Assembly (NCBI GenBank): GCA_963703315.1
Contig: OY969811.1
Location: 1,088,001 to 1,152,000, forward strand
From: an uncultured cyanobacterium
GTDB lineage: Bacteria > Cyanobacteriota > Cyanobacteriia > Pseudanabaenales > Pseudanabaenaceae
Direction: 5' to 3'
DNA length: 64,000 nucleotides
This document shows, piece by piece, positions 43,709 through 53,429 of this stretch. The notes under the pieces were generated by a model, which saw nothing but the letters and a program-made list of their open reading frames with translations, ran no database searches and had not been told where the DNA came from. The translations under genes were made by a program, and so were the position numbers. The stretch's first letter is position 1. Every line of letters starts with the position of its first letter.

Positions 43709-45532
43709 ATGGCGTTAATAGTTCAAAAATATGGTGGTTCCTCTGTAGCCGATGCCGATCGCATTAAAGCGGTACGCGATCGCATTAAGCGCACAGTTGA
43801 TGCGGGTAATCAAGTTGTAGTCGTGGTTTCGGCAATGGGCAAAACCACTGATGGTCTAGTTGCTCTTGCGGAATCTGTTTCAACAAACGATGTCCAGACC
43901 CTTGCAGAAATAGCTGCGAAAGAGCGCGAGATTGATCTGCTCTTGGCTACAGGGGAACAGGTAACGATCGCATTGCTAAGTATGGCATTACAAGCAGTGG
44001 GGCAACCTGCGATCGCGATGAATGGTGTTCAAGTCCCCGTAGTCACTGAGCCAACCCATACTCGCGCCAGAATTTTATATGTAGAACCTGATCGGATCAA
44101 AGCTGCTCTGAATCTTGGCAAAGTTGTAGTGGTTGCAGGATTTCAGGGTGTAGCAATTGACGAAACCACAGGATTGCCTAGTACAGAAATTACAACTTTA
44201 GGGCGTGGCGGTTCGGATACTTCGGCAGTGGCGATCGCGGCGGCGATCGAAGCGGATATTTGTGAAATTTATACCGATGTCCCCGGTGTTCTCACGACCG
44301 ATCCCCGCATTGTTCCGAAGGCGCAGTTGCTAGAAGCGATTACCTGCGATGAAATGCTAGAGCTTGCTAGTTTGGGGGCTAAGGTCTTGCATCCGCGCTC
44401 AGTCGAGATTGCCCGCAATTTTGGCGTAAAAATGTGTGTACGCTCTAGTTGGCTCGACGATGCAGGTACAGTCATTACTTCACCACGTATCGGTACTGGC
44501 AATCTCAAATCTCTAGAAGTTAATCGGTTTGTAGAGACAGTTGCCATTGACTACGATCAAGTCAAGGTTGCACTTTTGCAAATTCCCGATCGCCCTGGGA
44601 TCGCATCTCAGTTATTTACCCCTCTTGCGGAACAGGGGATCAATGTTGACTTAATTATCCAAGCCGTACAAGCCACTGAAGGAGTTAATGACATTGCCTT
44701 CACGATCCCGAAGGCACAATTGCAACTTGCGGAAGTTGTGACCCGTAGCCTTGAGCTTGGGGCAAGCTTGGTAACGGTCGATGCTAACGTTGCCAAAATT
44801 AGCATTATTGGTGTGGGTATGGTTGGTAGACCGGGGGTAGCCGCCCAGATGTTTATGACATTAGCCGAGGCGGGGATCAATATTCAGATGATCTCTACTT
44901 CCGAGATTAAGATTAGTTGTGTCATTGCCGCATCCGATGGTGAAGCAGCGATCGCTGCTATTCAAAAAGTTTTTAATGTGCCATTGCAATCTTCAAAAAC
45001 TAGTGAACAAGACGATTCGCAAAACACCTCACCTGTGCGGGGAGTGGCGCTAGATCGTAATCGTGCCAGAATTGCCGTTCAGCAAGTACCCGATTGCCCA
45101 GGGATGGCGGCAAAAATCCTTGAGCAGCTTGTCGAACAAAATATTTGCTTAGACATGATCGTTCAGTCACAGTCGGATCGGGATGTGAACGAAATTGCCT
45201 TCACCGTTGCTAGTGCCGATCTTGCGAAAGCTGAAACCGCTTTGAAGCAATTTGCACCTGTGTTAGGTTATGGCGAAGTTTCCTGCGATCGCGACATTAG
45301 TAAAGTCAGCATTGTTGGCTCGAACATGATTTACCAGTCAGGTATTGCCGCCAGAATGTTCAGCGCTCTGGCAAGGTCAGGCATTAATATTGAGATGATC
45401 GCCACCTCCGAGATTAAAGTTAGCTGTGTGGTGCATGATAACCAAGCCGAACAGGCGCTCAAAGTTATTCATCAAGAATTTAATTTATCTGGCGATCGCG
45501 CGATCGAAGTGCCGAGTGCGCTCAAGAGTTAG
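43709..45532 (+). CDS. lysC: Aspartate kinase (cyanobacterial type, four ACT domains)
   Basis: VQKYGGSS, VVSAMGKTTD, TLGRGGSDT, YTDVPG, duplicated ACT pairs (MISTSEIKIS, MIATSEIKVS). Confidence 0.96.
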   Translation: MALIVQKYGGSSVADADRIKAVRDRIKRTVDAGNQVVVVVSAMGKTTDGLVALAESVSTNDVQTLAEIAAKEREIDLLLATGEQVTIALLSMALQAVGQPAIAMNGVQVPVVTEPTHTRARILYVEPDRIKAALNLGKVVVVAGFQGVAIDETTGLPSTEITTLGRGGSDTSAVAIAAAIEADICEIYTDVPGVLTTDPRIVPKAQLLEAITCDEMLELASLGAKVLHPRSVEIARNFGVKMCVRSSWLDDAGTVITSPRIGTGNLKSLEVNRFVETVAIDYDQVKVALLQIPDRPGIASQLFTPLAEQGINVDLIIQAVQATEGVNDIAFTIPKAQLQLAEVVTRSLELGASLVTVDANVAKISIIGVGMVGRPGVAAQMFMTLAEAGINIQMISTSEIKISCVIAASDGEAAIAAIQKVFNVPLQSSKTSEQDDSQNTSPVRGVALDRNRARIAVQQVPDCPGMAAKILEQLVEQNICLDMIVQSQSDRDVNEIAFTVASADLAKAETALKQFAPVLGYGEVSCDRDISKVSIVGSNMIYQSGIAARMFSALARSGINIEMIATSEIKVSCVVHDNQAEQALKVIHQEFNLSGDRAIEVPSALKS

Positions 45533-45610
45533 AATAGTGCGGCGCAAAGCGTCGCCGCACTATTCTTAAAAACAAGCTTTAAGATAGGTACATATACCGC
45601 GAGCATTTCT

Positions 45611-46300
45611 ATGTCATCTGATAATTCAAGCGATCATCCTAGCAATCCTCCATCTGATCCCAAACAAGCTCCACCCGTACCAGAGAGTTCGGTTAAAACT
45701 TTTTTGGCTGATAATTTGCCGACCGTTACAGTTGCCATCCTATTAGCAGTTGGTGTGCGGATATTTATTGCGGAGCCACGCTATATTCCTTCTAGCTCAA
45801 TGGAGCCAACCTTATTAATTAACGATCGCCTAATTATCGATAAGCTCTCCTTTCGTTGGCGGAAGCCCGAACGCGGCGAAATTGTAGTATTCAATCCGCC
45901 AAATGTTCCAGGCGTAGTCCCCGATGCCACGAAGGTCTATATCAAGCGGGTGATTGGTTTACCAGGCGATCGCATTAGTATTCATGATGGCAAGGTGTTT
46001 GTGAATGATGCACCTCTAAATGAGCCATACATTGCCGCGCCGCCAAACTACACTTTGCCAACCCAAGATGATGCTCTTTGCCCCAATTGCTTCCGCCCCA
46101 ACAATGTGCAGTCGGGTAGAGATGCTCTATTCTTTACGATACCAAGTGGCAATTATTGGGTTATGGGAGATAATCGCAATAACAGTTTAGATTCCCATGC
46201 ATGGGGATTTATGCCTGAAGAAAATTTAGTCGGACGGGCAATGTTTCGCTATTGGCCCTTTGACAATCGTGCTGGTAATTTAAACATTCCAAAATATTAG
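45611..46300 (+). CDS. lepB: Signal peptidase I
   Basis: IPSSSMEPTL, YIKRVIG, MGDNRNNSLDSH. Confidence 0.93.
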   Translation: MSSDNSSDHPSNPPSDPKQAPPVPESSVKTFLADNLPTVTVAILLAVGVRIFIAEPRYIPSSSMEPTLLINDRLIIDKLSFRWRKPERGEIVVFNPPNVPGVVPDATKVYIKRVIGLPGDRISIHDGKVFVNDAPLNEPYIAAPPNYTLPTQDDALCPNCFRPNNVQSGRDALFFTIPSGNYWVMGDNRNNSLDSHAWGFMPEENLVGRAMFRYWPFDNRAGNLNIPKY

Positions 46301-46369
46301 ACTCTCACTCCAGCCACCTCTCTTGATGGGAGAGGTGGAGTAAATTTGTCCTCTCATAAAAATTTATAT

Positions 46370-46948
46370 ATGTCTACAGAAAGTAAGCTCGATCCGCAAG
46401 TATCCGTCAAACCTTGGTGGCAACAACATGGTGAAACTATTCGTATTTTTGCTGTGGCTTTGGTGATCGCTTTCTTTCTCAGAACTTTTATAGTCGAGCC
46501 ACGCTTCATTCCCTCTGGCTCAATGGAACCAACATTACAAGTAGGCGATCGCATTCTCGTTGATAAAATCTCCCAATATTGGCAAGAACCTCAACGCGGC
46601 GATATCCTGATTTTCTATCCACCTAAATCACCTGCGATTGAGGATACGAGTAAGGCTTACATTAAGCGTTTAATTGGGATAGAAGGCGATCGCATTGCGG
46701 TCAAAAATGGAAAAGTCTATCGCAATGATGAACCACTCAATGAGCTATATATTGCGGAAGTTCCTAAATATACAATGCGTGAAGTGGTTGTTCCCAAAGG
46801 TTATTACTGGATGATGGGCGACAATCGCAATCACAGCAATGATTCGCATATTTGGGGATTTTTGCCAAAAGAGAATGTCATCGGCAAAGCGACTGTTAGG
46901 TTTTTCCCTTTTGGCGATCGGTTAGGTGAAATTAAATCTGATAAATAA
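46370..46948 (+). CDS. lepB: Signal peptidase I (tandem paralogue)
   Basis: IPSGSMEPTL, YIKRLIG, MGDNRNHSNDSH; likely ATG 46370. Confidence 0.93.
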   Translation: MSTESKLDPQVSVKPWWQQHGETIRIFAVALVIAFFLRTFIVEPRFIPSGSMEPTLQVGDRILVDKISQYWQEPQRGDILIFYPPKSPAIEDTSKAYIKRLIGIEGDRIAVKNGKVYRNDEPLNELYIAEVPKYTMREVVVPKGYYWMMGDNRNHSNDSHIWGFLPKENVIGKATVRFFPFGDRLGEIKSDK

Positions 46949-46992
46949 TACCTAATTGTAAAATTTCATCATCAAGCAAGGAGCAAACAACG

Positions 46993-47718
46993 TTGACAGA
47001 ATCCCAAGAGAAGTACAGTCTTACTTCTAACAAAATTCAGTGTGGACATTGTGCTATCAAATCTCTCATGAGGATTATTTGTGAGGGAGAAGATTCATAC
47101 TTTGTCGGAGATGAAGAAGGAGATGAAGAATATGGTGGAGATGATGTTTATCATAAGTGGCAAATTTTGAAATGCTTTGCTTGTTCTGGAATAAATATTG
47201 TTCAGTACTCATCATCATCTCTGTGGGAATATACACTGGACGGTGAAACATTTATACGTCCTACCAATACTGATATTTTGTATCCCCATCAGATTAACGA
47301 AAAGCCGCTTGAACTGAAAATTAGCAATGAAGTAATAGAACGAGCAATTGCTGATGTGGAAGTTCTAATTTTATCCAGAGGAGCAGTTAGTGGAGTCGAT
47401 CGAATACACACTGCTCTTCATGGTTATCTGCGTGCAATATGTATTCGAGAAAATATTGTATATAGTAAAGATGACAGCATAGTTAAGCTATTCAAGTTAC
47501 TGCGTCAGCAACATCCAAAACTGCAAAGTACTGACCGCACGCAAGACATTGATCGTCTCCTTCAATCATTTGCGGGTATTTTAGATTCACTCAATCCAAT
47601 AAGAAATCATGCAAGCATGGCTCATCCTAACGAAAATGTTCTGGAGCGAAATGAAGCTTTGCTCTTCATTAATGTAGTTCGCACATTACTTCGTTACATT
47701 GACGAAAAGCTAATATAG
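46993..47718 (+). CDS. Abortive-infection Abi_C (HEPN-like) domain protein with N-terminal Zn-ribbon
   Basis: CGHC...CFAC; GVDRIHTALHGYL and LNPIRNHASMAHPNE; TTG start after AAGGAG. Confidence 0.75.
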   Translation: MTESQEKYSLTSNKIQCGHCAIKSLMRIICEGEDSYFVGDEEGDEEYGGDDVYHKWQILKCFACSGINIVQYSSSSLWEYTLDGETFIRPTNTDILYPHQINEKPLELKISNEVIERAIADVEVLILSRGAVSGVDRIHTALHGYLRAICIRENIVYSKDDSIVKLFKLLRQQHPKLQSTDRTQDIDRLLQSFAGILDSLNPIRNHASMAHPNENVLERNEALLFINVVRTLLRYIDEKLI

Positions 47719-47720
47719 AA

Positions 47721-47792
47721 AGATCGCCTATCTCGTAAAATACTTTCACAAAATGCAACATATCCTACTTTGATTTGAACAAAAGCGCTCGC
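47721..47792 (+). repeat. ~65-70-bp degenerate direct repeat, copy 1
   Basis: Ungapped similarity to 48328-48398: atctcgtaaaat...aaaatg.aac...aaaagc. Confidence 0.6.
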
Positions 47793-47872
47793 TTAAGCAA
47801 AATTACAAAAAGCAAATAGCATTTAGTTTTGTTTAATAGGAAATAATTATTACGGCTTACAAACAAACATTT

Positions 47873-48085
47873 ATGCCAAAAAAGATTCGAGAATTAAAGA
47901 GTATGTTGCTGAGAGCAGGATATACCAGTGAATCTGCAAAAGGAAGTCATTCCAAATGGTCACATCCCAAATTATCAAAAAAGATTGTTATTTCAGGTAA
48001 AGATGGGAGCGATGCCAAAACCTACTTAGAAAAGCAGATTAATGAAGCCCTAGAAGAACTCAAAAAACTAGATACAGAGGAATAA
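47873..48085 (+). CDS. hicA: HicA family toxin (mRNA interferase)
   Basis: 70 aa, basic; MPKKIRELKSML...AKGSHSKWSHP. Confidence 0.85.
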   Translation: MPKKIRELKSMLLRAGYTSESAKGSHSKWSHPKLSKKIVISGKDGSDAKTYLEKQINEALEELKKLDTEE

Positions 48086-48090
48086 CAACT

Positions 48091-48321
48091 ATGCAATACA
48101 CAATTCTCATTCAATGGTCTGATGAAGATAACTGCTTTGTTGTCTTTTTACCCGAATTTACAGATGTGATGCAACCTTGCACGCACGGGAATACTTACTT
48201 AGAAGCAATTCAAAATGCTCAAGAAGTGATTGAACTACTAGTGGAGTCTGCCATAGAAAAAGGTGAACCCTTGCCCAAGCGCCAGAAATTTCAAACGATT
48301 CCAGTTTTGCAAGCTGCATAA
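48091..48321 (+). CDS. hicB: HicB family antitoxin
   Basis: YTILIQWSDED...LPEF...CTHGNTYLEAIQNAQEVIEL...GEPLP; 5 nt after hicA. Confidence 0.87.
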   Translation: MQYTILIQWSDEDNCFVVFLPEFTDVMQPCTHGNTYLEAIQNAQEVIELLVESAIEKGEPLPKRQKFQTIPVLQAA

Positions 48322-48327
48322 ATTAAA

Positions 48328-48398
48328 GCGATCTCCAATCTCGTAAAATGCGTCAATAAAATGTAACGCACCTTATTTTTGTTTCAATAAAAGCAATC
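48328..48398 (+). repeat. ~65-70-bp degenerate direct repeat, copy 2
   Basis: See 47721-47792; starts a few nt after the hicB stop. Confidence 0.6.
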
Positions 48399-48422
48399 TA
48401 TTTGGAGCAATTTCTGATCAGT

Positions 48423-48525
48423 TATACCAAAACTAAAAATGGCTACGCCATTTTTAGTTTTAAAAACCCTTACTGGGTTTAGTTTTCAATTCACAAAAGT
48501 GTTGTCACATTTTCGTGAATTGGTA
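48423..48525. mobile_element. MITE-like two-hairpin element (ATACCAA...TTGGTAT ends)
   Basis: Hairpins aaaactaaaaatggc/gccatttttagtttt and aattcacaaaagtg/cattttcgtgaatt; partial inverted copy at 59880-59944. Confidence 0.55.
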
Positions 48526-48827
48526 TTATTTGGCAATCGAGGAAAATTCGCAATTATGGCAGTTCGTCAATCTCGCTGTAGCAAAGAAAAGTTCGCTCAA
48601 CATGGAGATCTCATTTACCAAACTCAAATATGTCCACCGTTCAGATCAGATCATCACGGGAAGATTTGGGCGATCGCAAAGGTTAAAAATTATTGAGAGT
48701 TCGGGCATAATCAAACACAGCATCCGACCCGTGCTAAATTATCGTGATTACTCAAAACATCTAGTTGAATTCAGACATTGTTATCTTAGACGCAAGATTT
48801 CTATAAATTGAAGAGTAGAGAATATCA

Positions 48828-49988
48828 ATGACTTACAAGATTTTGGCTTTGGATGGTGGCGGATTTCGAGGTGTATTATCGGCAGTGATCCTTAAAGAAG
48901 TTCAGAACACTATCCAGCAAGAACTAGGATCTGAACATGGACTAAATGATTATTTTGATTTGGTGGCAGGGACTTCTACTGGCTCAATTTTGGCTACAGG
49001 CATTGCTTTAGGAATGGATATTGATCAACTCCTAAATCTATACAAAAATTGTGGAGCAAGAATATTTCCATCGCGTATTAGAAATATACGGAAATTCACC
49101 ACTCTTACGAGAGGCTTTTTCCCAGCATTTCTTTATCCTCATGAATCTAGCTGGCCTTGGCAAGATGAAGGACTTGCAACTGTCCTCAAGGAACAGTTAC
49201 AACCAACCAAGTCAGCAATTCTCAGTCAAAATTATAAGCAAGGCTCTCCAGTTACAATTAATGACATTGAAAAACCAACTCTCCTAATTCCTGCCTATAA
49301 CACGATCAAACGCAGAATAGACTGGTTTGTTAGCAATAACCCTAGTCAAAAGCCAATGTGGTATGACAATAGTGAGGTTTGGAAATTCTGCGTCTGCTCT
49401 GCCTCTGCACCAACTTTCTTTCCCCCTTACCAATTCGATACAAAAGTTGATTCTTCCCATCAGGAACGCACCTATATCGATGGAGGAGTTGCTGCTAATA
49501 ATCCCTCTTTACTGGCGATCTCTCATGCAATGTTTCTCCCGTCCAAAAATGTAGAATGGAATGATCGTAAGCCCCTAGAATTAAGTGATGTTTCAGTTCT
49601 TTCGATTGGTACAGGTAAACCTAATAAACCCTTTTCCTATAAGGAAGTTAAAAGCTGGGGCTTAGCACAGTGGGCAATGCGTCTAGGTGACCTATTTATT
49701 CCTGCTCCCAATGACGTGACCGATAATGTTGCTTGGCAACTAATTCGAGGAAATGATGGAGAGAATGCAAAGCGAGTTTTACGGCTTGACTTATCGATAG
49801 ACGATACTAAACAGTCAAAGGATAAGGAGTTGTACCAAATTGACAATCCAGAGTTCTATGATCGGTATGTGCAAATTGCTTCTGATTATTTGGATCATGG
49901 TAATGTCAATTTTGATATTGGAAGTGAGAAGATCACACCAAGGGAAGCCATCCACCAGTTTATTAAGAACAATAAGACACCTTGGTGA
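48828..49988 (+). CDS. Patatin-like phospholipase
   Basis: LALDGGGFRG, AGTSTG (GxSxG), SASAPTFF, IDGGVAANNP, LSIGTG. Confidence 0.9.
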   Translation: MTYKILALDGGGFRGVLSAVILKEVQNTIQQELGSEHGLNDYFDLVAGTSTGSILATGIALGMDIDQLLNLYKNCGARIFPSRIRNIRKFTTLTRGFFPAFLYPHESSWPWQDEGLATVLKEQLQPTKSAILSQNYKQGSPVTINDIEKPTLLIPAYNTIKRRIDWFVSNNPSQKPMWYDNSEVWKFCVCSASAPTFFPPYQFDTKVDSSHQERTYIDGGVAANNPSLLAISHAMFLPSKNVEWNDRKPLELSDVSVLSIGTGKPNKPFSYKEVKSWGLAQWAMRLGDLFIPAPNDVTDNVAWQLIRGNDGENAKRVLRLDLSIDDTKQSKDKELYQIDNPEFYDRYVQIASDYLDHGNVNFDIGSEKITPREAIHQFIKNNKTPW

Positions 49989-50157
49989 GAAGATTGCTTG
50001 AGCCACAAAAAATTGGTTCTTTATTGCACTACCCCAGAAATGAGTGGCGGCGCTTCGCGCCGCCACTCATTTCTGGGGGCAAAACTTTCTTTGCTATAGC
50101 TTTGCTGTATAATTACCTCGCGCATCTGCTTTAGATAGTTAAAAACCAGCCAAATTC

Positions 50158-51600
50158 ATGACCCTTCGCATTTACAACACACTCACACGTCGCAAAGAAG
50201 AGTTTATTCCCCTCGAAGCGGGAACTGTGAAAATGTATGTTTGTGGTGTGACGGTCTATGACTATTGCCATTTGGGTCATGCTAGAGCTTATGTAGTTTG
50301 GGATATGATTCGGCGATATCTCGCGACAAAGTATCAGGTCAAGTTTGTTCAGAATATTACGGATATTGATGACAAGATTCTAAAACGAGCATTGGAAAGA
50401 AAAACGACAATGCAGGCGATCGCCAATCAATACATCGCTGCCTACGATGAGGATATGGCAAGGTTAAATATTTCTAAAGCTGATGATTACCCCCGTGCTA
50501 CAGAGACAATTCCCGAAATTATTGAACTCATTCAAAAATTAATAGATCAGGACTATGCCTATGCTGCGGGTGGTGATGTCTATTATGCAGTGCAGAAGTT
50601 CCCTAGTTATGGCAAGCTTTCAGGACGGAAGCTCGAAGATATGCAGGCAGGGGCAAGCGGTCGTGTTGATGAGCAGGAAGAACAGAAACGCTATCCCTTT
50701 GACTTTGCCCTCTGGAAGTCGGCTAAACCTAATGAACCTTTTTGGGAATCGCCTTGGGGAAAAGGAAGACCGGGGTGGCATATTGAATGCTCGGCAATGG
50801 TGCGATCGCGTTTAGGTAACACCATTGATATTCATGCTGGAGGTGCAGATCTGCAATTCCCTCACCATGAGAATGAAATCGCGCAATCAGAGGCAGGTTA
50901 CGGCAAAAACCTCGCTAAATATTGGATGCACAATGGATTTGTGAATATCGATGGCGAGAAAATGTCCAAATCTCTGAATAACTTTAAGACTATTCGTGAT
51001 TTGTTTGGCTATTTCGACCCAATGGCAATCCGTCTCTTTATTTTGCAAGCTCAATATCGCCAACCGATTGACTTTACCGAAGAAGCGATTAATGCTGCTA
51101 CAAAAGGTTGGGAAACGATTCGCGATAGTATGCTGTTTGCCGCGGATTTTGGAGCAGAACTTGGTTGGCAAAATCTGGAAGTTCCATCTCGGCAGGAAGT
51201 TGCTAAGGCAGTAGCAAATTTTGAAGAAGCGATGGATGATGACTTTAATACTTCCGTAGCGATGTCCCATATATTTGAACTGGCTAAAAAATTACGTGCA
51301 GAACGCAATTCTCTATGCTATTCAGGTCAAACTGCGGCAAGCTCTGAAGTTCTATTTCAAGAATGGCAAGCCCTTAGTTACATGACTAGTATTTTAGGAT
51401 TTGTCGCAGATATTAGCGATCGCCAAGCAGTTGTAGAGAATATTAGTGAAGCTCAGATTGAGTCTTTAATTCAACAAAGGATTGAGGCGAAGAAGGCTAA
51501 AAATTATCAAGAGGGCGATCGCATTCGTGACGAACTGAAAGCGTTAGGGATTACTCTAGTAGATCAAAAAGATGGAACTACACGCTGGCTCAGGACTTAA
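50158..51600 (+). CDS. cysS: Cysteine--tRNA ligase
   Basis: YVCGVTVYD, HLGH, GRPGWHIECSAM, FPHHENE, KMSKS. Confidence 0.97.
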   Translation: MTLRIYNTLTRRKEEFIPLEAGTVKMYVCGVTVYDYCHLGHARAYVVWDMIRRYLATKYQVKFVQNITDIDDKILKRALERKTTMQAIANQYIAAYDEDMARLNISKADDYPRATETIPEIIELIQKLIDQDYAYAAGGDVYYAVQKFPSYGKLSGRKLEDMQAGASGRVDEQEEQKRYPFDFALWKSAKPNEPFWESPWGKGRPGWHIECSAMVRSRLGNTIDIHAGGADLQFPHHENEIAQSEAGYGKNLAKYWMHNGFVNIDGEKMSKSLNNFKTIRDLFGYFDPMAIRLFILQAQYRQPIDFTEEAINAATKGWETIRDSMLFAADFGAELGWQNLEVPSRQEVAKAVANFEEAMDDDFNTSVAMSHIFELAKKLRAERNSLCYSGQTAASSEVLFQEWQALSYMTSILGFVADISDRQAVVENISEAQIESLIQQRIEAKKAKNYQEGDRIRDELKALGITLVDQKDGTTRWLRT

Positions 51601-51650
51601 TATAGGCAGCGCGAAGCGCCGCCTATATTACCTTTAAATTGGATAAACCT

Positions 51651-52049
51651 ATGGATAAATATCAACAGTTAAGGGATGTTGGCACAAATGGCGATAATTA
51701 CGATCTGAGTACTGAAGACCTCATTAAGCAGTTTCAGTATTGGGATGCTCAGTATGGCATCGAACTCAGCGATATTGAATTTGATACTGTGACCGTAACT
51801 TTTAATGAGCTTCCTGAAGATTTAACCGAACTAGCGATCGAGGTCTATGAGTTTTGTCCAGATACCATCGATCAACATTTTGGTTGCTTTGCAGATGCGA
51901 TCGCCGTTATGGAAGACTTTGATAAGGATGTTGCCGAAAATATCCAAGCATTGATTAAAGATGTTGATTTCAATGATGAGGATTATGGGTTTGAGCTATT
52001 AAAGCGATCGCTTGCTATCAATAAAGCTGTTGCTCTGTGGTGGGATTAA
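51651..52049 (+). CDS. DUF4253-like protein
   Basis: GTNGDNY...YEFCPDTIDQ...LWWD ending; likely ATG 51651; 3' end overlaps the convergent methyltransferase gene. Confidence 0.7.
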   Translation: MDKYQQLRDVGTNGDNYDLSTEDLIKQFQYWDAQYGIELSDIEFDTVTVTFNELPEDLTELAIEVYEFCPDTIDQHFGCFADAIAVMEDFDKDVAENIQALIKDVDFNDEDYGFELLKRSLAINKAVALWWD

Positions 52050-53340
52050 CCAAAAGACTTCTTTTAATTCGAGATTCGATGACATGAGAATCAACGCCAA
52101 ATTTTTTGGCAGCAGCTACCATTTTAATTTGTAATACATCAGGATTTTTGAGAATAATTTTTTGAGATGGTGGACTGAGTTCTACGCCTAAAACCTCACG
52201 CAATTGATGAGCAACAGATCTGGCTAACAATGGCGGTACTGAGTTGCCAATTTGCCGAAATCCATGCCATTTCGTGCTGTGAAAGCGAAACCAATCAGGA
52301 TAGGAATGTAATCTTGCAGCTTCACGAACGGTGATACAACGCGGTTGTTCGGGATGAATTGGGCGAGGGGCGGTAAATGCACCACGATTGCTGGGAGTCC
52401 CAGCCCTGAGAGTATTGCAAATACCATCAGGATCAAGTTTTAGAAACCTACTAATTTTCTCGACTTCTCCATTGGGGGTAGCTCGAAAACGAGTGATCGA
52501 AGTTTCGCTATGCACAGTACCAATGCTTGAAGTCAATAACTTAGCATCATATTTGCGTGGATAGGCGAGGTTATGGGGATCGGGCTTTAAATTGCGTAAA
52601 TACTCGCTGTAGAGACTTTTCGGCTTTCGATAGGTTGCTACACACCAATCGCGATCGCTTAATTCCTTATATTTAGTCACATCAGGCAAATCGGCGATCG
52701 CCTCTTTTACGGTCGGACTATCTGGCAAATCAACAAGCTCTTTAGGAATCCGTTTGGCTTTGGCAGGTTTGGTAATTGGTGATGGGTATTTGGGAAGCTT
52801 TAAATCTTGGCGGCAACCAATTAGAAATAACCTTTCGCGATGTTGAGGTACACCGAAATGGGAAGCATCAAGAACTTGGTAAGGACTGAGAATGTGATAG
52901 CCACTCTCTTGAAAATTCTCGATGACTTCATCTAGAAACTGGCGATGATTGCCTAACGTCAAACCTTTGACATTTTCCATCACAAAATACTTAGCATTTA
53001 ATTCTTTAACCAAACGCATGAAATGTGACACTAACTGATTGCGTGGATCATCAAAGGCGCGTTTCCCCATCAATGAAAAACCTTGACAGGGTGGACCACC
53101 GAAGACCACATCCACTTCGCGATCGCCTATTTCTGATTTTTCACGAATTTCAGCCCCTGATATATTCGTGACACTGGCACAAATTGCTGACCACATTGGA
53201 AAATTATATTCATGGGTAGCACAATGGATTGGGTCGATCTCCACTGAAGCAAGTACATCAAATCCCGCTTGCTCAAAGCCCAAAGTCATACCACCCACAC
53301 CCGCAAATAAATCCACCGCGATCGGTCGTTGATTTCCCAT
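52018..53340 (-). CDS. C5 cytosine DNA methyltransferase (no adjacent endonuclease)
   Basis: DLFAGVGG (I), GGPPCQGFS (IV), MENV (VI), QHRER (VIII), REAARL (IX), QIGNSVPP (X). Confidence 0.93.
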   Translation of the reverse strand: MGNQRPIAVDLFAGVGGMTLGFEQAGFDVLASVEIDPIHCATHEYNFPMWSAICASVTNISGAEIREKSEIGDREVDVVFGGPPCQGFSLMGKRAFDDPRNQLVSHFMRLVKELNAKYFVMENVKGLTLGNHRQFLDEVIENFQESGYHILSPYQVLDASHFGVPQHRERLFLIGCRQDLKLPKYPSPITKPAKAKRIPKELVDLPDSPTVKEAIADLPDVTKYKELSDRDWCVATYRKPKSLYSEYLRNLKPDPHNLAYPRKYDAKLLTSSIGTVHSETSITRFRATPNGEVEKISRFLKLDPDGICNTLRAGTPSNRGAFTAPRPIHPEQPRCITVREAARLHSYPDWFRFHSTKWHGFRQIGNSVPPLLARSVAHQLREVLGVELSPPSQKIILKNPDVLQIKMVAAAKKFGVDSHVIESRIKRSLLVNPTTEQQLY

Positions 53341-53429
53341 AGTCTATAAAGCATCTACATATCAGAATAGATACTCTATCCTATAGCGATTTGAACACGA
53401 ATAAAAAAGCGGCGCGAAGCGCCGCTTTT

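Noticed and set aside
48439..48811. Two overlapping ORFs (85 and 98 aa) upstream of the patatin gene
   Set aside because: They start within a MITE-like element and have no recognisable motifs or RBS; a decayed gene cannot be excluded.
48828..49988. CBASS system
   Set aside because: A patatin is present but no CD-NTase or Cap2/Cap3 gene is in the window.
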